Below, one piece after another: positions 38,582 to 52,974 of a stretch of 64,000 nucleotides of DNA. The position numbers and the translations under genes were made by a program. Location of the stretch: contig OX597819.1 in the NCBI GenBank assembly GCA_951406725.2, positions 56,854,001 through 56,918,000 on the forward strand, written 5' to 3'. The notes below the pieces were generated by a model, which ran no database searches, had not been told where the DNA came from, and saw only the letters and a list, made by a program, of their open reading frames with translations. This DNA comes from Octopus vulgaris (Eukaryota). The number at the start of each line of letters is the position of its first letter. The first letter of the stretch is position 1.

Positions 38582-39064
38582 GTATGTGTGTGTACACTCT
38601 CCTTTCTAACGACGAAAAATAATTCAAAGTGACTTTCAAGTTTCATCCCAGTTTCTTTCGTCGCTGTGATCAAGGCAACTGAGCCGAAACATCCAAACAC
38701 TGGCAACTTTTTCCGCATAAATACAAAATAAGTTTTATGTTCTGCTTCAACGTATTGAGTGAAACTTCAATTTGTTTGTTGGTATATATAACTTTACATA
38801 AAAAGAAACGTGAACATATATACACACATCCATTCACACACACACACACACACATACACACATATATACATACACACACTCATATATATATATATATATT
38901 ATACACACACACTAATTTCGAATCTATTTCTCTCCCCACTCTATTTACGTTTGCAAATATTGCTTATATTTGACTACGGAATTTTATTTCCCTCCGTTAA
39001 TGATGCAGGTGATACAAAAACTTAATTTTCTACCGTTTCATATACGTTGGCACCAATTTAATAT

Positions 39065-39685
39065 TATATATTTACGTACAATGTATACCGCTACACTTAC
39101 TTGTCACCGAAACCTAGAAACAGCTGTAAAGTATTATCTAGTTTCTTCTCTAATACCTTCATGTTAGAGTTTGAATTTTCCGGATATATATGCATAACTC
39201 CAAATAGCGAGTAATTAACAATCGAGAACTGAGGAGGAGTTAGGCTTCTTTTGGTATTTTCTCCCGTACTTGTCTCTCATTGTGTTTACGTATATTTCAC
39301 TCGTTGGCGATGTCCTGTTCTTACTGTATATTTTTTTAACATTTTGACCTATACTTATCTCTCGTATATTTACGTATTTTTCACTCGTTGTTGATGTCCT
39401 GGACTTGATGTATTATATATATCAAACATGTATATATTCTTATTAATAATATTAATCCATTCATTCATTAGTTATACTGAGGTGAATAGAGATATAATCA
39501 AGACCAAATGGAAGACGAAAATGCGCAGAAGATCTTCATAGGCTGTTAGATCTCCGGAAAGTTCGTACTTTATCGTCAGATATAAGAGAAGGGTGAAAGA
39601 GGAGAGATCTAGACTACTCTTCACAACAGTTTCTGGATTCCAATGACCTGTGAGTGTGGTACTGAGCATTGTACGTATATACACA
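39065..39685. repeat. Diverged inverted repeat (~39065-39190 / 39545-39685) enclosing an ~87-bp tandem duplication
   Basis: Opposite-strand translations YLRTMYTATLTCHRNLETAVK and YIRTMLSTTLTGHWNPETVVK are similar. TTTCACTCGTTG..GATGTCCTG occurs twice inside. Confidence 0.7.
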
Positions 39686-39796
39686 TATAGCATAATGCTT
39701 TGAGCGAATGTATATGAAATAACACAAACTTGAATTATAGGGTCAATTTCCCCATTATCGGAAAGAAGGAAATTTTCGTAGTAAAACATACATATG

Positions 39797-40515
<719 letters not shown>

Positions 40516-40519
40516 ATGT

Positions 40520-40712
40520 CACACAGAAACAGGAACGAAGAATGAGAGAAAGTTGCGGTGAAAGCGTACAGCAGGGTTCGCCACCACACCCTGCCGGAGC
40601 CTCGTGGAGCTTTAGGTGCTTTCGCCCAATAAACACTCCCAACGCCCGGTCTGGGGATCGAAACTGCGATCCTACGACCGCGAGTCCGCTGCCGTAACCA
40701 CTGCGCTTCCAC
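40520..40712 (-). mobile_element. SINE family B
   Basis: Reverse-strand head GGAAGCGCAGTGGTTACGGCAGCGGACTCGCGGTCGTAGG. Confidence 0.85.
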
Positions 40713-41267
40713 TATATAGAAATACAGATCGCGGGTAAGAGAATAATAGTGTAGACGATATAAGGATAACTGAAAGCAAGAGAGAGATCAAAATGGCATT
40801 TGAAAAATATTGTGTTATATTATATTAATGGAATATAAGGCGGCGAGCTGGCAGAATCGTTAGCACGCCGCGCTTACGAAATGCTTTGCAGTATTTCGTC
40901 TGTCGTTACGTTATGTGTTCAAATTCCGCTGCAGTCAACTTTTCCTTTCGGGGGTCGATAAATTATAGTACCAATGAAATATTGGGGATTGATGTAGTCG
41001 ATTAGTCCCCCTCCTCAAAATTTCAGGCCCTGTGCCTTTAGTGGAAAGGATTATATCAGAGGAATATAGAACAAGAAAAAGGTGAGAGAAAGAAGAATAC
41101 GCAGATGATAGAATACACAAGCGATAGAACACATAGGCGATGGAGACAACAGTGTAGCTATAGTAGTAATTTCAACCCTCCAGATATCTGCCTGCCTATA
41201 AGGAACTACTTCTGACTTTCATTTCCCCGTCTTTATGCTTCCTTATTTACTCATATTTTTATCTTTT

Positions 41268-41615
41268 GGTTTTTACCTGTTTCACTCATTAGCTTTGCAG
41301 TCATGCTGTGGCAATGGCTGAAATTTTTAGTCGCATGAATCGACCCCCCCAAGATTTATTTTTTAAGCCTAATACTTATTCTATAGGTCTCTTTTGGGGA
41401 CGTAAACACACCAACACTGGTTGTCAAGTGGTAATGGACACACACACATATAATTTTACATACATCACGGGCTTTCAGTTTCCGTCTACTGAATCTATCC
41501 ACAAGGCTTTGATCGGCCCGAGGCTATAGAAGCAGACACTCGCCCAAGTTTCCACGCAGTGGAACACAAGCTGGAGCCACATGTTAGGGACGCAAGCTTC
41601 TTACCACACAGCCAT
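41268..41615 (-). mobile_element. Diverged SINE family A
   Basis: TACTTATTCTATAGGTCTCTTTTG, CAGTTTCCGTCTAC and CTTACCACACAGCC blocks. Confidence 0.8.
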
Positions 41616-42969
41616 TGTATAGCTAATTTATATATGGTTTTGACATTAACAAACATCTGTTCATCTTTTATGTTATTCTGGCTTTCTTAACTCGATCGCT
41701 TTGTTTCCTGCAGCCATTTCTTGTTTGCTTAGATTGCGTCATTTCTCGCTTGACGTTGAATTTTGGTTATTTGATCTACTCTGAGCGTTAATCTATCTGT
41801 ATCGATTACACTGTACAGCACGACTTTTGTTCCGAGAAAGTATGAAAAATGGCTAATATTTCCTTCAAACTTTGCTTTTGTTACATTTATTCAAATCCCA
41901 AAGAATCCCTCTCATCCTACGGCTACGATGCTCTCCTACTACTTCCCCTCATGATCAGAAATGTAGCGACTAATAGACATACGAAGTTAAGATCAAGCAA
42001 CTAGCAAGCAAATTTGTGGTATTAGACAGAATATTTGCGTTAATGATATTTCTGCTTCAGCAACTCAGTGCTGAAACTGTCTGAAATGTAATGGAAAGGC
42101 CAATATCAAAACATTGGTGTCCAAAAGCAAAGTTTCAAGGGAATAGCAGTCATTCCTTTTGATGTCTAAATAGAAGCAAATAGGTAATATCACTTACTGA
42201 GCAAAGACAAACAAAAATATGAATTTTGCTATACAGTATTTAAAGCAATTTGATGTACTCTTACCATTATATGTAATGTATTATTGATTTTTTCAGTTGG
42301 CTGCAAGTGTTTTTATATACCGACACGATGAATCAGCTTTTTCTGTTCGTGAACCTCATGCAAATATTTTCTTATATCTCTTTTGCCTTTTGAAAAAGTT
42401 TGCAGCGGCAGACACTAGTAACATACCCTTTTCGAAACTGAAGCCCCAAAATCCTAGAAAAACCAGGCTAATCATTACAAACCATGCAAAATTGTTGTTA
42501 TTTGTGAAAGGATTATTTTGAAAGGATCGTTCCTTTAGTCTTTATGCCCACTTATGAGAACATTATTTATGCATATTGACTAAATAATGAGAAATAGCAC
42601 AGATTATTTCCTATTGAAGCATTTATCACAAAGCGATTTATTTCTATTCTTCACAAAGACTTTCCCTTTTGAAGTTTTTATCCGTTCTTTGTTAGCTTTG
42701 TCTAATAATAATCAATAGTTGTATTGTAACTCATGTCGGTTCCAGGTCGACATACGCACAACAGGACGACACGTATTCGCTTCTTAAAAATAGATGAGTT
42801 ATTCAATAGAATATTTGTTGGATATGATTCGCTGATATCCCACTGCTTTTGCTCGGTTTTTACACTGTTTTAATTTACCAGGAATACGACCTGAGATCAT
42901 TCTGGAAATTTTTATAGCTTTGTCTGATGTTTGCGCGTTCGTTTTTATTTATGCATATATGTACATGCA

Positions 42970-43010
<41 letters not shown>

Positions 43011-43070
43011 CATTCACACTTACATATACATATGTATATATATATAGATATATGCATTAATCTATATATG

Positions 43071-43114
<44 letters not shown>

Positions 43115-43207
43115 TATATATATATACATGAATATATATATACGTGTATAAATGTATATATGCATACATATATACATATACATATACACTCACATAAACA
43201 CGTGTAA

Positions 43208-43240
<33 letters not shown>

Positions 43241-43380
43241 TATGTGTATATATGTATGCATATATACATTTATACACGTATATATACATTCATGTATATA
43301 TATATGTATGTGTGCATATATATATATGTTTGTATGTACACATATATATATATATATATATATATGCATCTATATTGAAG

Positions 43381-43426
<46 letters not shown>

Positions 43427-43959
43427 TGTATGTATGCGTGTATGTATGCGCGTGAACGAGCATTTCAGTGTAGAGTGTGTGTGTGTGTATGTGTGTATGC
43501 GTATATGAAGACGAACGGGATACATTGAAGACCGTTACTAATAATTTATGTCTACATTTCGCCTTGCTCCATTCATAACATAAGCTTAGCTATTTCGGTT
43601 GTTTGTTTAATACGTTGCGTTTGATTAATTATCTGAAAAATACAACGAACACATTGCAGATAACATTGTCTATGTACACACATCTACATACGAAGTCTCT
43701 ATCTCTGTTCAGCCTTTATTACCTCATGTCTAATCCGCACTGACTACATATCGTATCTATTAGCTCTCTCTTTCTCTCTGACGCCCACCCTCTCCTTCAC
43801 TATGTCTATTAATTCAGACTTTCGCTGTCTAACTCTCTTTAACACTTTCTATTTTCCTTTCGATGAACTTTGCCTTTCACTTCTCCACCAAGGATCTAAA
43901 ACATAGTATTATTGTTATTACTATTATTATTATTATTATCATTATTATTATTATTATTA

Positions 43960-44002
<43 letters not shown>

Positions 44003-45000
44003 TATTATTATTATTATTGTTGTTGTTGTTGTTGTTGTTGTTATTAATAGTGTCCTAGGAGTTTGATGTTGTCTACTCATCTGTGTGGATAAATATCTTC
44101 TTGTTCTGCTCATATTCTGGCAACAATCTGTATGGCTATACATTGCTTGCTATCCAACTAGCCATATTTTAAAATGCTTACTGTATGTTCTGCCAAAGCG
44201 GCTAAAATAAAATATCTAGACACATTGAATACAGACAATAAATTTCAGAATTCTATTTATTTCTTTAAACGTTAGCCGAATATTGTGAATTGGCTGATAT
44301 ACAGAGTTTGACTCACAGATACAGGCGTAATATCTGGCACTAACAAAATCCTCACACATATACATACATATATATATGAACATCTACTATGTTATACACA
44401 TATGTACAATGAAATATACACATACATACTCAGACACAATACCACACGCCAACAGACACTCACATATGTACTGCTCTTTCTCTAACATTCCCGTCTATTC
44501 CGTATCCCGTGTGTAAACTTATTATATTCTCTTTTCCATTCCCTTTGTAGGTATCTTCCTATGTATCTATGTATCTCTCTTTTTCTCTCTGTCTATCTGC
44601 CCATCTCTGTCTGTCTCTCTCTGTCACTTTCTATTTTTCTCCCTCTACCTCTCTCTCCATACGTACATATGTACATGTCTGTACATATATATCTACATGC
44701 ATATGTATAAGTATACATATATTGAAACTTCTCTCTCTCTCTCTCTTTATCTCTCTCCCACGCTCTCTCCCTCTCTCCCCTCTCTATCTCTCTCTCTCTA
44801 TATATGTGTGTGTGTGTACGTGTGTGTGTATTAATGTATGCATGCATGCATGTATGTATCTATATGCATCTTTATATTTCCTGTTAAATAAGGCAATTTT
44901 ATGTTAATCTGACGGGTTACTCTATACTTTTGAAGAGTACGTTTATCATTTCTAAACAAGAGTATTAATGGCATACATGTATACATACATGTATGTATGA

Positions 45001-45057
<57 letters not shown>

Positions 45058-45061
<4 letters not shown>

Positions 45062-45420
45062 TTTCAGCTCAGAGATGTGGCCATGCTGATGCACCGCCGT
45101 TTTGCTACACTGTTATTACTAAGAGCCTCCTCTAATATGTGGCACTTGGTGAAGCATGGAGTGTGATATAGCTTCCCTCATTTGCACCTCTTGCCGTGAG
45201 GTAGGTTCATCAGAGAGTTTCGACAGGAAGGGCTCCAGCTTTGATTTAAGAACCCCTACATTTACTTTGTGCAAGTTCCTCAGACACTTTGGGAGAATAT
45301 TAAAATCTGTGGGCACTTGAAACCCAGGCTGTTGCAGTAACTGGTCCTGAAACGTGATGGCATTTCTGGGACCTTTGGCACTATGCAGTGTCGACCCGTT
45401 CTGGCATTGGTGTAGCTTTC
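45058..45420 (-). mobile_element. CR1-type LINE 3' end embedded in (TA)n
   Basis: ORF end FNILPKCLRNL...LKSKLEPFLSKLSDEP. The 3' UTR matches 61820-61976. Confidence 0.88.
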
Positions 45421-45510
45421 AATATATATATATATATATATATATACATATTTATAATATAATATTATATTATATATATATATATGTGTGTATGTATGAA
45501 TATATACATG

Positions 45511-45596
<86 letters not shown>

Positions 45597-45840
45597 TTGG
45601 AAAATGTGTGAGATCCTTGGTGCAGTTAGGTATACTTGAAATAGGGAAAGAATGACTTCACTGGCAGTTCTAATTAATTGAATTTTCTAAATATACATAA
45701 TCTTGCAGTTTTGCTTATGGATCGTGTAAGTTATATGTAAGAACTTACTAGATCTATAAGCCAAACTGTAAAATGATATTAATTTATTGGAAAATAAAAT
45801 TCATTAAACTAGCAGTGAAGTAATCATTTTCCTTTTTCAA

Positions 45841-45905
<65 letters not shown>

Positions 45906-46265
45906 CGTTATATATTTTACATTCACATGGACATATGGGTGTGTACGCCAGTGTGTGTGAACAAATATGCGTAAATACATATTTAATAAAAATTAAACAC
46001 TACTCCGCATCACTTAAAGTTTCTTGATTGTAGGTCACATATACTCCAAAAGATGTACGGAGACGTATCAAGTGGAAGTTCAAAAGATGCATCTCCAACT
46101 AAATGAGTTGTGTGATACTTTCCATTTCATTTCTTCTCTTACATTGGTTATGTGTGTGAATGTATGTGAGTGAGTGTGTGTGTGTAAGAAAGAGACAAGA
46201 GAGAGAGAGAGAGAGAGAGAAAGAAAGAAACAGAGAGAACGTACATGCATACATACATAGATACA

Positions 46266-46372
<107 letters not shown>

Positions 46373-46785
46373 GTATATATATATGTACACACTTAAGTAT
46401 GGATATATTGTATAGATTTATACATATATGTGTACATTAGCATTTATACACATGGACGTGATTATGTGTTCATACGAATGTATACACATGTACATATCTA
46501 ACACGATTACACACGTAAAGCCACACAGATGCATAACACACTTTACGCCTCCCACGCGGAAAACAATGCTATAGACAATCATACATATATACATACATAC
46601 ATACATACATACATACATACATACATACATACATACATACATACATTCATGCATGCATACATACATACATACATACGTACATCCATACATACATGCATAC
46701 TTACATGCATACTATATATATATATATATATATATATGCATACAGAGGAAGAGCGTGACAGTAACAATAGATAGATAGGCAGAAC

Positions 46786-46821
<36 letters not shown>

Positions 46822-47404
46822 TCCATTCAAGCACTCACACACACACACACGCTTACGCGCATACACTAAAGTTTCCACCTGTATCACATGAACTAAATAT
46901 GATTATGATGTTAAATCCGCCATTACTTATGGGACACTTGTTACGGATTATACACTCGAGAAAATAACTGTGATGCGTGGCTATATACTGGAATGCGTAA
47001 ATTTCCAAGCAGAACATATATCTTTACTCTATACATATTTCAATACACAGGCACATAGACTACTTATAGACTCGTGTATGTGTATAGGAGTGTGTGTGTG
47101 TGTGTGAGTGTGTGCAGTAAATTAGAGAGAGAATTGAGAGGGCAAAGGGAAAGAGAGAGAGAGCGAGTGAACGTGTGTAAGTTCGTATGAAACTTCCGTG
47201 TGACTAATACGTATTAGTCCGATCTAGAATTTTCTGCATTTCACACTCTATTTTCTTTTATAATCCTTTTAAATCGCACCCGAAACGTTCATTTCTGCTC
47301 TTCTGTCTCTGTTCTCTCTTTCTCTCTCTCGCTCTCTCTCACCGTCTCTCTCGCCTTTCTCTCTCTTCTACACTCTGCGTAGGTAAGTAAATGTGCGTGT
47401 TTCT

Positions 47405-47539
<135 letters not shown>

Positions 47540-47668
47540 CATGTATACATATGTATGCTTGTGTATGTGTGTGTGTGTGTGAATGTGTATGTATGCCTGT
47601 ATGTGTATAGTTTGTGTATGTACATATGTAAGAATATGCACACACCTGAGAATACATATATAAAGATC

Positions 47669-47761
<93 letters not shown>

Positions 47762-47909
47762 TATATGTACACATTTAATGTACAATATATGTATGTAAAT
47801 ATGTATGATTATATACATGCATACATAGATATATACATACATATATACATACGATATATATATATATATGTGTGTATATACATACATATATTTTTATATT
47901 TATATGTAT

Positions 47910-47977
<68 letters not shown>

Positions 47978-48159
47978 ATACGTACATACACACACATACA
48001 TACATACACACATGCATACATACGAAAGTAGAATTGCATTACATTTCCTATTGCTGAATTATAATGGGGATCACATTTTATATTTCATCACGTAACCTTG
48101 TATCTCTTGTGGCGATATTTCTGCTGCCTTTGAAGTCTACAAGCCAGCAAGCAGGATCC

Positions 48160-48174
48160 AGGTCAGCTTGACCT
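48160..48174. promoter_or_regulatory. Perfect ERE-type nuclear-receptor palindrome AGGTCA-GCT-TGACCT
   Basis: Exact IR3 consensus in a unique-looking island, with an NFI-like TTGGCN5GCAAA ~50 bp downstream. Function is unproven. Confidence 0.4.
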
Positions 48175-48353
48175 AACTGAGAAAGCGCGCTCATGAAACT
48201 AGAGAATCATTGTGGGACGCTTTGGCTTTTGGCAAAAATATTCCTAGCATTCCTCGACCGAATTTCTGTATACATATGCATTTGGTTATGTGTGGTGTGT
48301 GTATGCATGTATGTATGTATACACACACACACATACACACACACAATCACACT

Positions 48354-48449
<96 letters not shown>

Positions 48450-49189
48450 CATGCCACACAGGATACATATAGGTGCTTGGAGAAAGACAGAATGAGAGGG
48501 AGATTAAATGGTACTGTTAAGTACACAAATATATATTTGTAAGTAATATATGTGTGTCTGAGTTTTGGTGCGTCCCCTTATTGTGTCCCAAAATGCCCAC
48601 ACGCTCCTAGACATATATATGTATACATACATACATAAATTCTGTACCACTCATTTAATCTTTCTTTTAGGCTCCTTCACACTTTCTTCGTTCTTTTCAC
48701 TTTTCCTTTTCTCGTCCCCCTGACTCACATTTCTTGGCCTTCCCTTCATTTTCACTTTCCTTTCTTTTTCTCTCTTTCCCGTCTCTTCCTAATTCTTCAA
48801 TCTCTCTGCCCCTACCTCTCTCCTCCCCTTCCACGTGACCGGCGTTCCGCCAAGCCTGGCCTTTCTTTCTTGGTTCGACTACTATTCATGTAGCATCTCA
48901 TATATTATTTCCCATGATTTTCAACTCTCATATTCCTGCCGTTCGGTTAATTTTATTCGTTTTCGTATACATTCGCTTGCTTTTTTTTCCAAAGAATCTC
49001 GTGCTCTTAGCCAGATTGGAGCAGTCTTGAGTGTAACCGACCGAAACAGCAACGACGATCTGGAACTCGGCTGACGATTGAAAGCTCCGAATGAACCGTC
49101 TTTGTTTTTTCCTGTCTTTTTATGTATCGTCTAACTATCGGATGTTTTGTTGTCGCCCGTTACGTCCTTGTTCTTTTTGTTTTGTTTAT

Positions 49190-49223
<34 letters not shown>

Positions 49224-49437
49224 GTATATATGTATGCATGAATATATGTGTGTGTGATTTTGGGACTAATGAGTATACGTCAATTAGTGTGCTGATGTAT
49301 TGAATAAAGCACTGGCACAGTTTGGACTACCTGATAGCATCCGCAGTTGGTGTATATTTCCTTTGAATTCCTCAGTGTTAGTTGAGATAATAATCGATTA
49401 GGTTAACAGAAGATAGAATTGGTATAATTCTTTACTT

Positions 49438-49543
49438 TGTACTACGATCGTTTCAACCCATCCTGCAACTGTCCTGTATAGGTGGGATGCTGTGCATCAT
49501 ACTATGTTGCATCAATTTTGCAGTCTGGGTCACATCAGGTACA
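49438..49543 (-). ncRNA. Type I hammerhead-like motif with palindromic stem III and branched stem II (core A9 lost)
   Basis: Reverse strand reads TGTAC-CTGATGT-GACCCA GA CTGCAA...TTGCAG GA TGGGTT-GAAA-CGATCG-TA-GTACA. Confidence 0.7.
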
Positions 49544-49829
49544 TTCATACATAAAGGGATGTCTCGCTAAAGGTCTTGATTTAAGGCATTCATGTTGTTA
49601 TTTGACCGCTTCATTTAGGGAATGAGGTATTGGTACGATTGTCTTTATTTTTAAACATCCATAAGAAACAAAATAATATAAGTACAGAAATAAAATAAAA
49701 TAGAATATCTAAACTGTAGATAAGAAAGGAAGAAAAACACCTGTTCTTTATTAACTGTCTTTAGTAATTTTTCTGTAAATAATCTACTCCAAATACTCTA
49801 CTGTAAATACTCTACTAGACTTATTTCTT

Positions 49830-50137
49830 TGCATTTGAATACATACTTCTACTGCTATCAGTTTTTGGATGGTGGTCTCAATAAATCGTCAACAACTTCC
49901 TAGTTTTTTTCTGTCAACTTTTTTATATTGTTTTTGGTTCATTCTATAATTCCAACTCCATATATGATTGAGGGTACTACTCTTGAATTTATTGCTTGAA
50001 CAAAATTTCTGGAATTCAGCTTTGGCTACAATAATTTGTCTATTCTCCTTGTGTAATCACTATTTGTCTCATTACTTCATTTTTTTTATCTTGTCTGCTT
50101 CCAGTATTGCCAAGTACTTATACCACTGTCCTTACTC

Positions 50138-50138
<1 letters not shown>
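49830..50138 (-). mobile_element. R4/Dong-like LINE RT thumb fragment
   Basis: YKYLAILEADKIK followed by frameshifted LNSRN...AINSRVVP.I.YGVGIIE. It abuts (TAA)n. Confidence 0.7.
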
Positions 50139-50183
<45 letters not shown>

Positions 50184-50640
50184 GAGTGAGCGAGCAGAGC
50201 ATGCCATCAAAGTGACACTGGGGTAAAATATACGAAGCCCAGTATACCCATCATGACTACCCGTCTGATAAGGGTACACCAGGCACATGCATCACAACCA
50301 TATGTGCGCGACATGGTGATCTCATATCAAGATAAACAGCACATGACCTTGCAGGTGGAGCCCAGTTAGAATTTTCTTCAGATCGAGTAATCCATCCCGC
50401 TCAAAAGGTCCCTGAATAAGGGTTGTTTAAGGACGTTGAACGAAATACCCATGTTTCCAGAGGTGAATTATTCAAACCCCAAAGAATCCGTCTCAACACA
50501 TGGCTATGATGCTCCCCCACTACTTCTGCTCGTGATCAGAGATGCACATATCGTCAGCCACTAAGGGACATGCTCAACTGGTTAAGGTCAAACAACTGAC
50601 AAGCAAATCTGTGGTATTGAGCAGAATATTTGCTGTAGCC

Positions 50641-50642
<2 letters not shown>
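50184..50642 (-). mobile_element. ~460-bp non-coding element embedded in (TAA)n
   Basis: Near-identical inverted copy at 56563-57022. Both copies have the same ends and are flanked by TAA arrays. Confidence 0.88.
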
Positions 50643-50694
<52 letters not shown>

Positions 50695-50760
50695 CATTAT
50701 TATCATTATTATTACCATTATTATTATTATTATTATTATCATTATTATCATTATTATCAC

Positions 50761-50820
<60 letters not shown>

Positions 50821-50849
50821 CATCATTATTATCATTATTAATATTTTTA

Positions 50850-50904
<55 letters not shown>

Positions 50905-50947
50905 CATCATCAAGATTCTTTATATGAGTTCGTGTGTTGAAGCATAT

Positions 50948-51096
50948 TCTGTTGTGTCTGGGGAGAGTCATTTTCTTTTTGTACTTTATGATTTAACACA
51001 CTCACCGGTAAAATAAGAAATAAATGGAAATTTTACCGGTGAGTGTGTTAAATTATAAGGCACAAAAAGAAAATGACGCTCCCCAGAGACAACAGA
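50948..51096. repeat. Hairpin with 67-bp arms and a 15-nt loop
   Basis: TCTGTTGTGTCTGGGGAGAGTC...CACTCACCGGTAAAAT pairs with ATTTTACCGGTGAGTG...CCCCAGAGACAACAGA. Confidence 0.93.
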
Positions 51097-51199
51097 TTAT
51101 TATTATTGTTATCATTACTATTCAGTTTACGTTAAAATACACTGGAGTCTTTTGTCATCTGTCAAGTCACAACAAGGCCCTTAGACAGAAAATACTTCC

Positions 51200-51850
51200 C
51201 TTAAGATGTGATCTGTGCTCAATAATGCTGCTTTTTGAAAGACATCAATCTTGCATGGGATGTCCAGTTGTCTTAAGAAGTTTTGAAATTTCAATAGGAT
51301 TGAGCCCGTTTCAACGGCATTGAGCTCTGTATATATACCTACTGGCCATGGCGAAAGAGGTTGTATGGTGGACGAGATTGTAGAGGTTAAAGACCAACAC
51401 TTTATCTTCGGCCAAACTCTGACCAACTTCTGCAAATTTCACTTGAAAAAGAAAATAAGGGTAGAGGTGTAAGTGCTGTCTTCCGGCCAATCCAATTTGC
51501 TGAAAGCTTGATGAAAGTGGCGAGAAAGGTACGAGTGAATGGGCCTGTCCTGAGCATACGCCTGTAGTTGAAAAAAGAAAAGGAAAGGAAATAAGGTACC
51601 GACCCCAAAAGACAGGGTACCTACGGTTCTTTATGGGGCTTTTCTATGAGAAATCCTCGAATGTTTCCTCTCCATTGAGGATTACACATTGTTGATTTCT
51701 TTCTTTATTTTATAATTTTTTTAGACTTGTTTAGAAGCAAAACCCTTAAAACAACACGCACTCACACTCATACACAAACACATTCTTTGTTTAATCCTGT
51801 ACTGTCCATAATGTTTTTCTTAATGTAAACCTTTGTGGCTAATAAAGAAA
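51200..51850 (+). mobile_element. L1/Tx1-type LINE 3' fragment
   Basis: MAKEVVWWTR...NFCKFHLKKKIRVE is similar to the C-terminus at ~37370-37490. It ends TTTGTGGCTAATAAAGAAAT. Confidence 0.7.
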
Positions 51851-51860
51851 TGATCATTAC

Positions 51861-51919
<59 letters not shown>

Positions 51920-51920
<1 letters not shown>

Positions 51921-52155
51921 GTTTGACTTCTGCTTTACATTTGCATAAGCTGGCTCCAAGTCTCACCCAGAGACCTCAAGAGACAACAAGTTGGAAGTTC
52001 GTGTTGGTGTTATGCCTAGGGTGCCATATATTTGGTTTTGTACTTATTGTTGTACTAGTGAATGTCTAAAAAAAACATACGAGAATTGTTTGTTTTAAAA
52101 CTTGAGATTACATATTAAGTATTTTGCGTAGGATATGAGCAGTTCCCATGAGCAC

Positions 52156-52156
<1 letters not shown>
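51920..52156 (-). mobile_element. R4/Dong-like LINE 3' end in (TAA)n
   Basis: VLMGTAHILRKILNM* plus 3' UTR, flanked by TAA arrays. Confidence 0.75.
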
Positions 52157-52204
<48 letters not shown>

Positions 52205-52220
52205 GTTATTATTGTTACTA

Positions 52221-52278
<58 letters not shown>

Positions 52279-52360
52279 AGACTTTCGCACACATCTCCAA
52301 TATCGTGATGTTGTTGATTGAAGATATTGTGTCTCCCGGGGGTTTGTACTGACTGACAAG

Positions 52361-52438
<78 letters not shown>

Positions 52439-52489
52439 TTGTTGCTGTTCCTGTTGTGTTCGTTGTTCTTGTCGTTTTGATGAAAGCTG

Positions 52490-52972
52490 TCCGTTTATTT
52501 TGCTGGGTATGATGGAAGGTGTCAGCTATCCACAGACTGCAGACTAAGTTGAAACTTGTGTACGGATCATATTTCAAGTACATTCCGGAGAACCTTTGCA
52601 GTTCCGAGTAATGTTGATTTTTCTAAGTTGTTTTTATGTAAATTTCTATCAATCTTTTTAAAGCCGTGCTGGTTGTTGACTTCTAAGAGCGCCTGTTACT
52701 ACTGGTATAATGCGCTCAATCTTCATCGTTTATTTCCGACTTCATATAGTCATAGTTCACTTTTTCTTCTTCCTCTTTGATCATGTTGTCATCAGGACAT
52801 GCTATGCCGATTATCGAACATGTCTTCTCATTTTTTGTCACCACAACAATGTTATTTTTCCGATGCCACATCTGATGGTCACACCGAATTATTGCATCCC
52901 ACAGAAATTTGCAATTTTCATTCTCAGTTACTCCTTCTGGGATTTGATCATAGCGGATTTTTGCTCTTTGTA
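52490..52972 (-). mobile_element. R4/Dong-like LINE restriction-like endonuclease domain (degenerate)
   Basis: PEGVTENENCKFLWD...HRKNNIVV...IIGIACPDD...KEEEEK...IIPVVTGAL...LEKSTLLGTAKVLRNVLE* matches the RLE (PD..D/ExK) region. Confidence 0.85.
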
Positions 52973-52974
52973 GT

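Noticed and set aside
49030-49100. GAAA...CTGACGA / CTGAGGA...GAAT motifs in the 24195/48660/63125 repeat family
   Set aside because: No consistent set of stems I-III could be built across the three copies.
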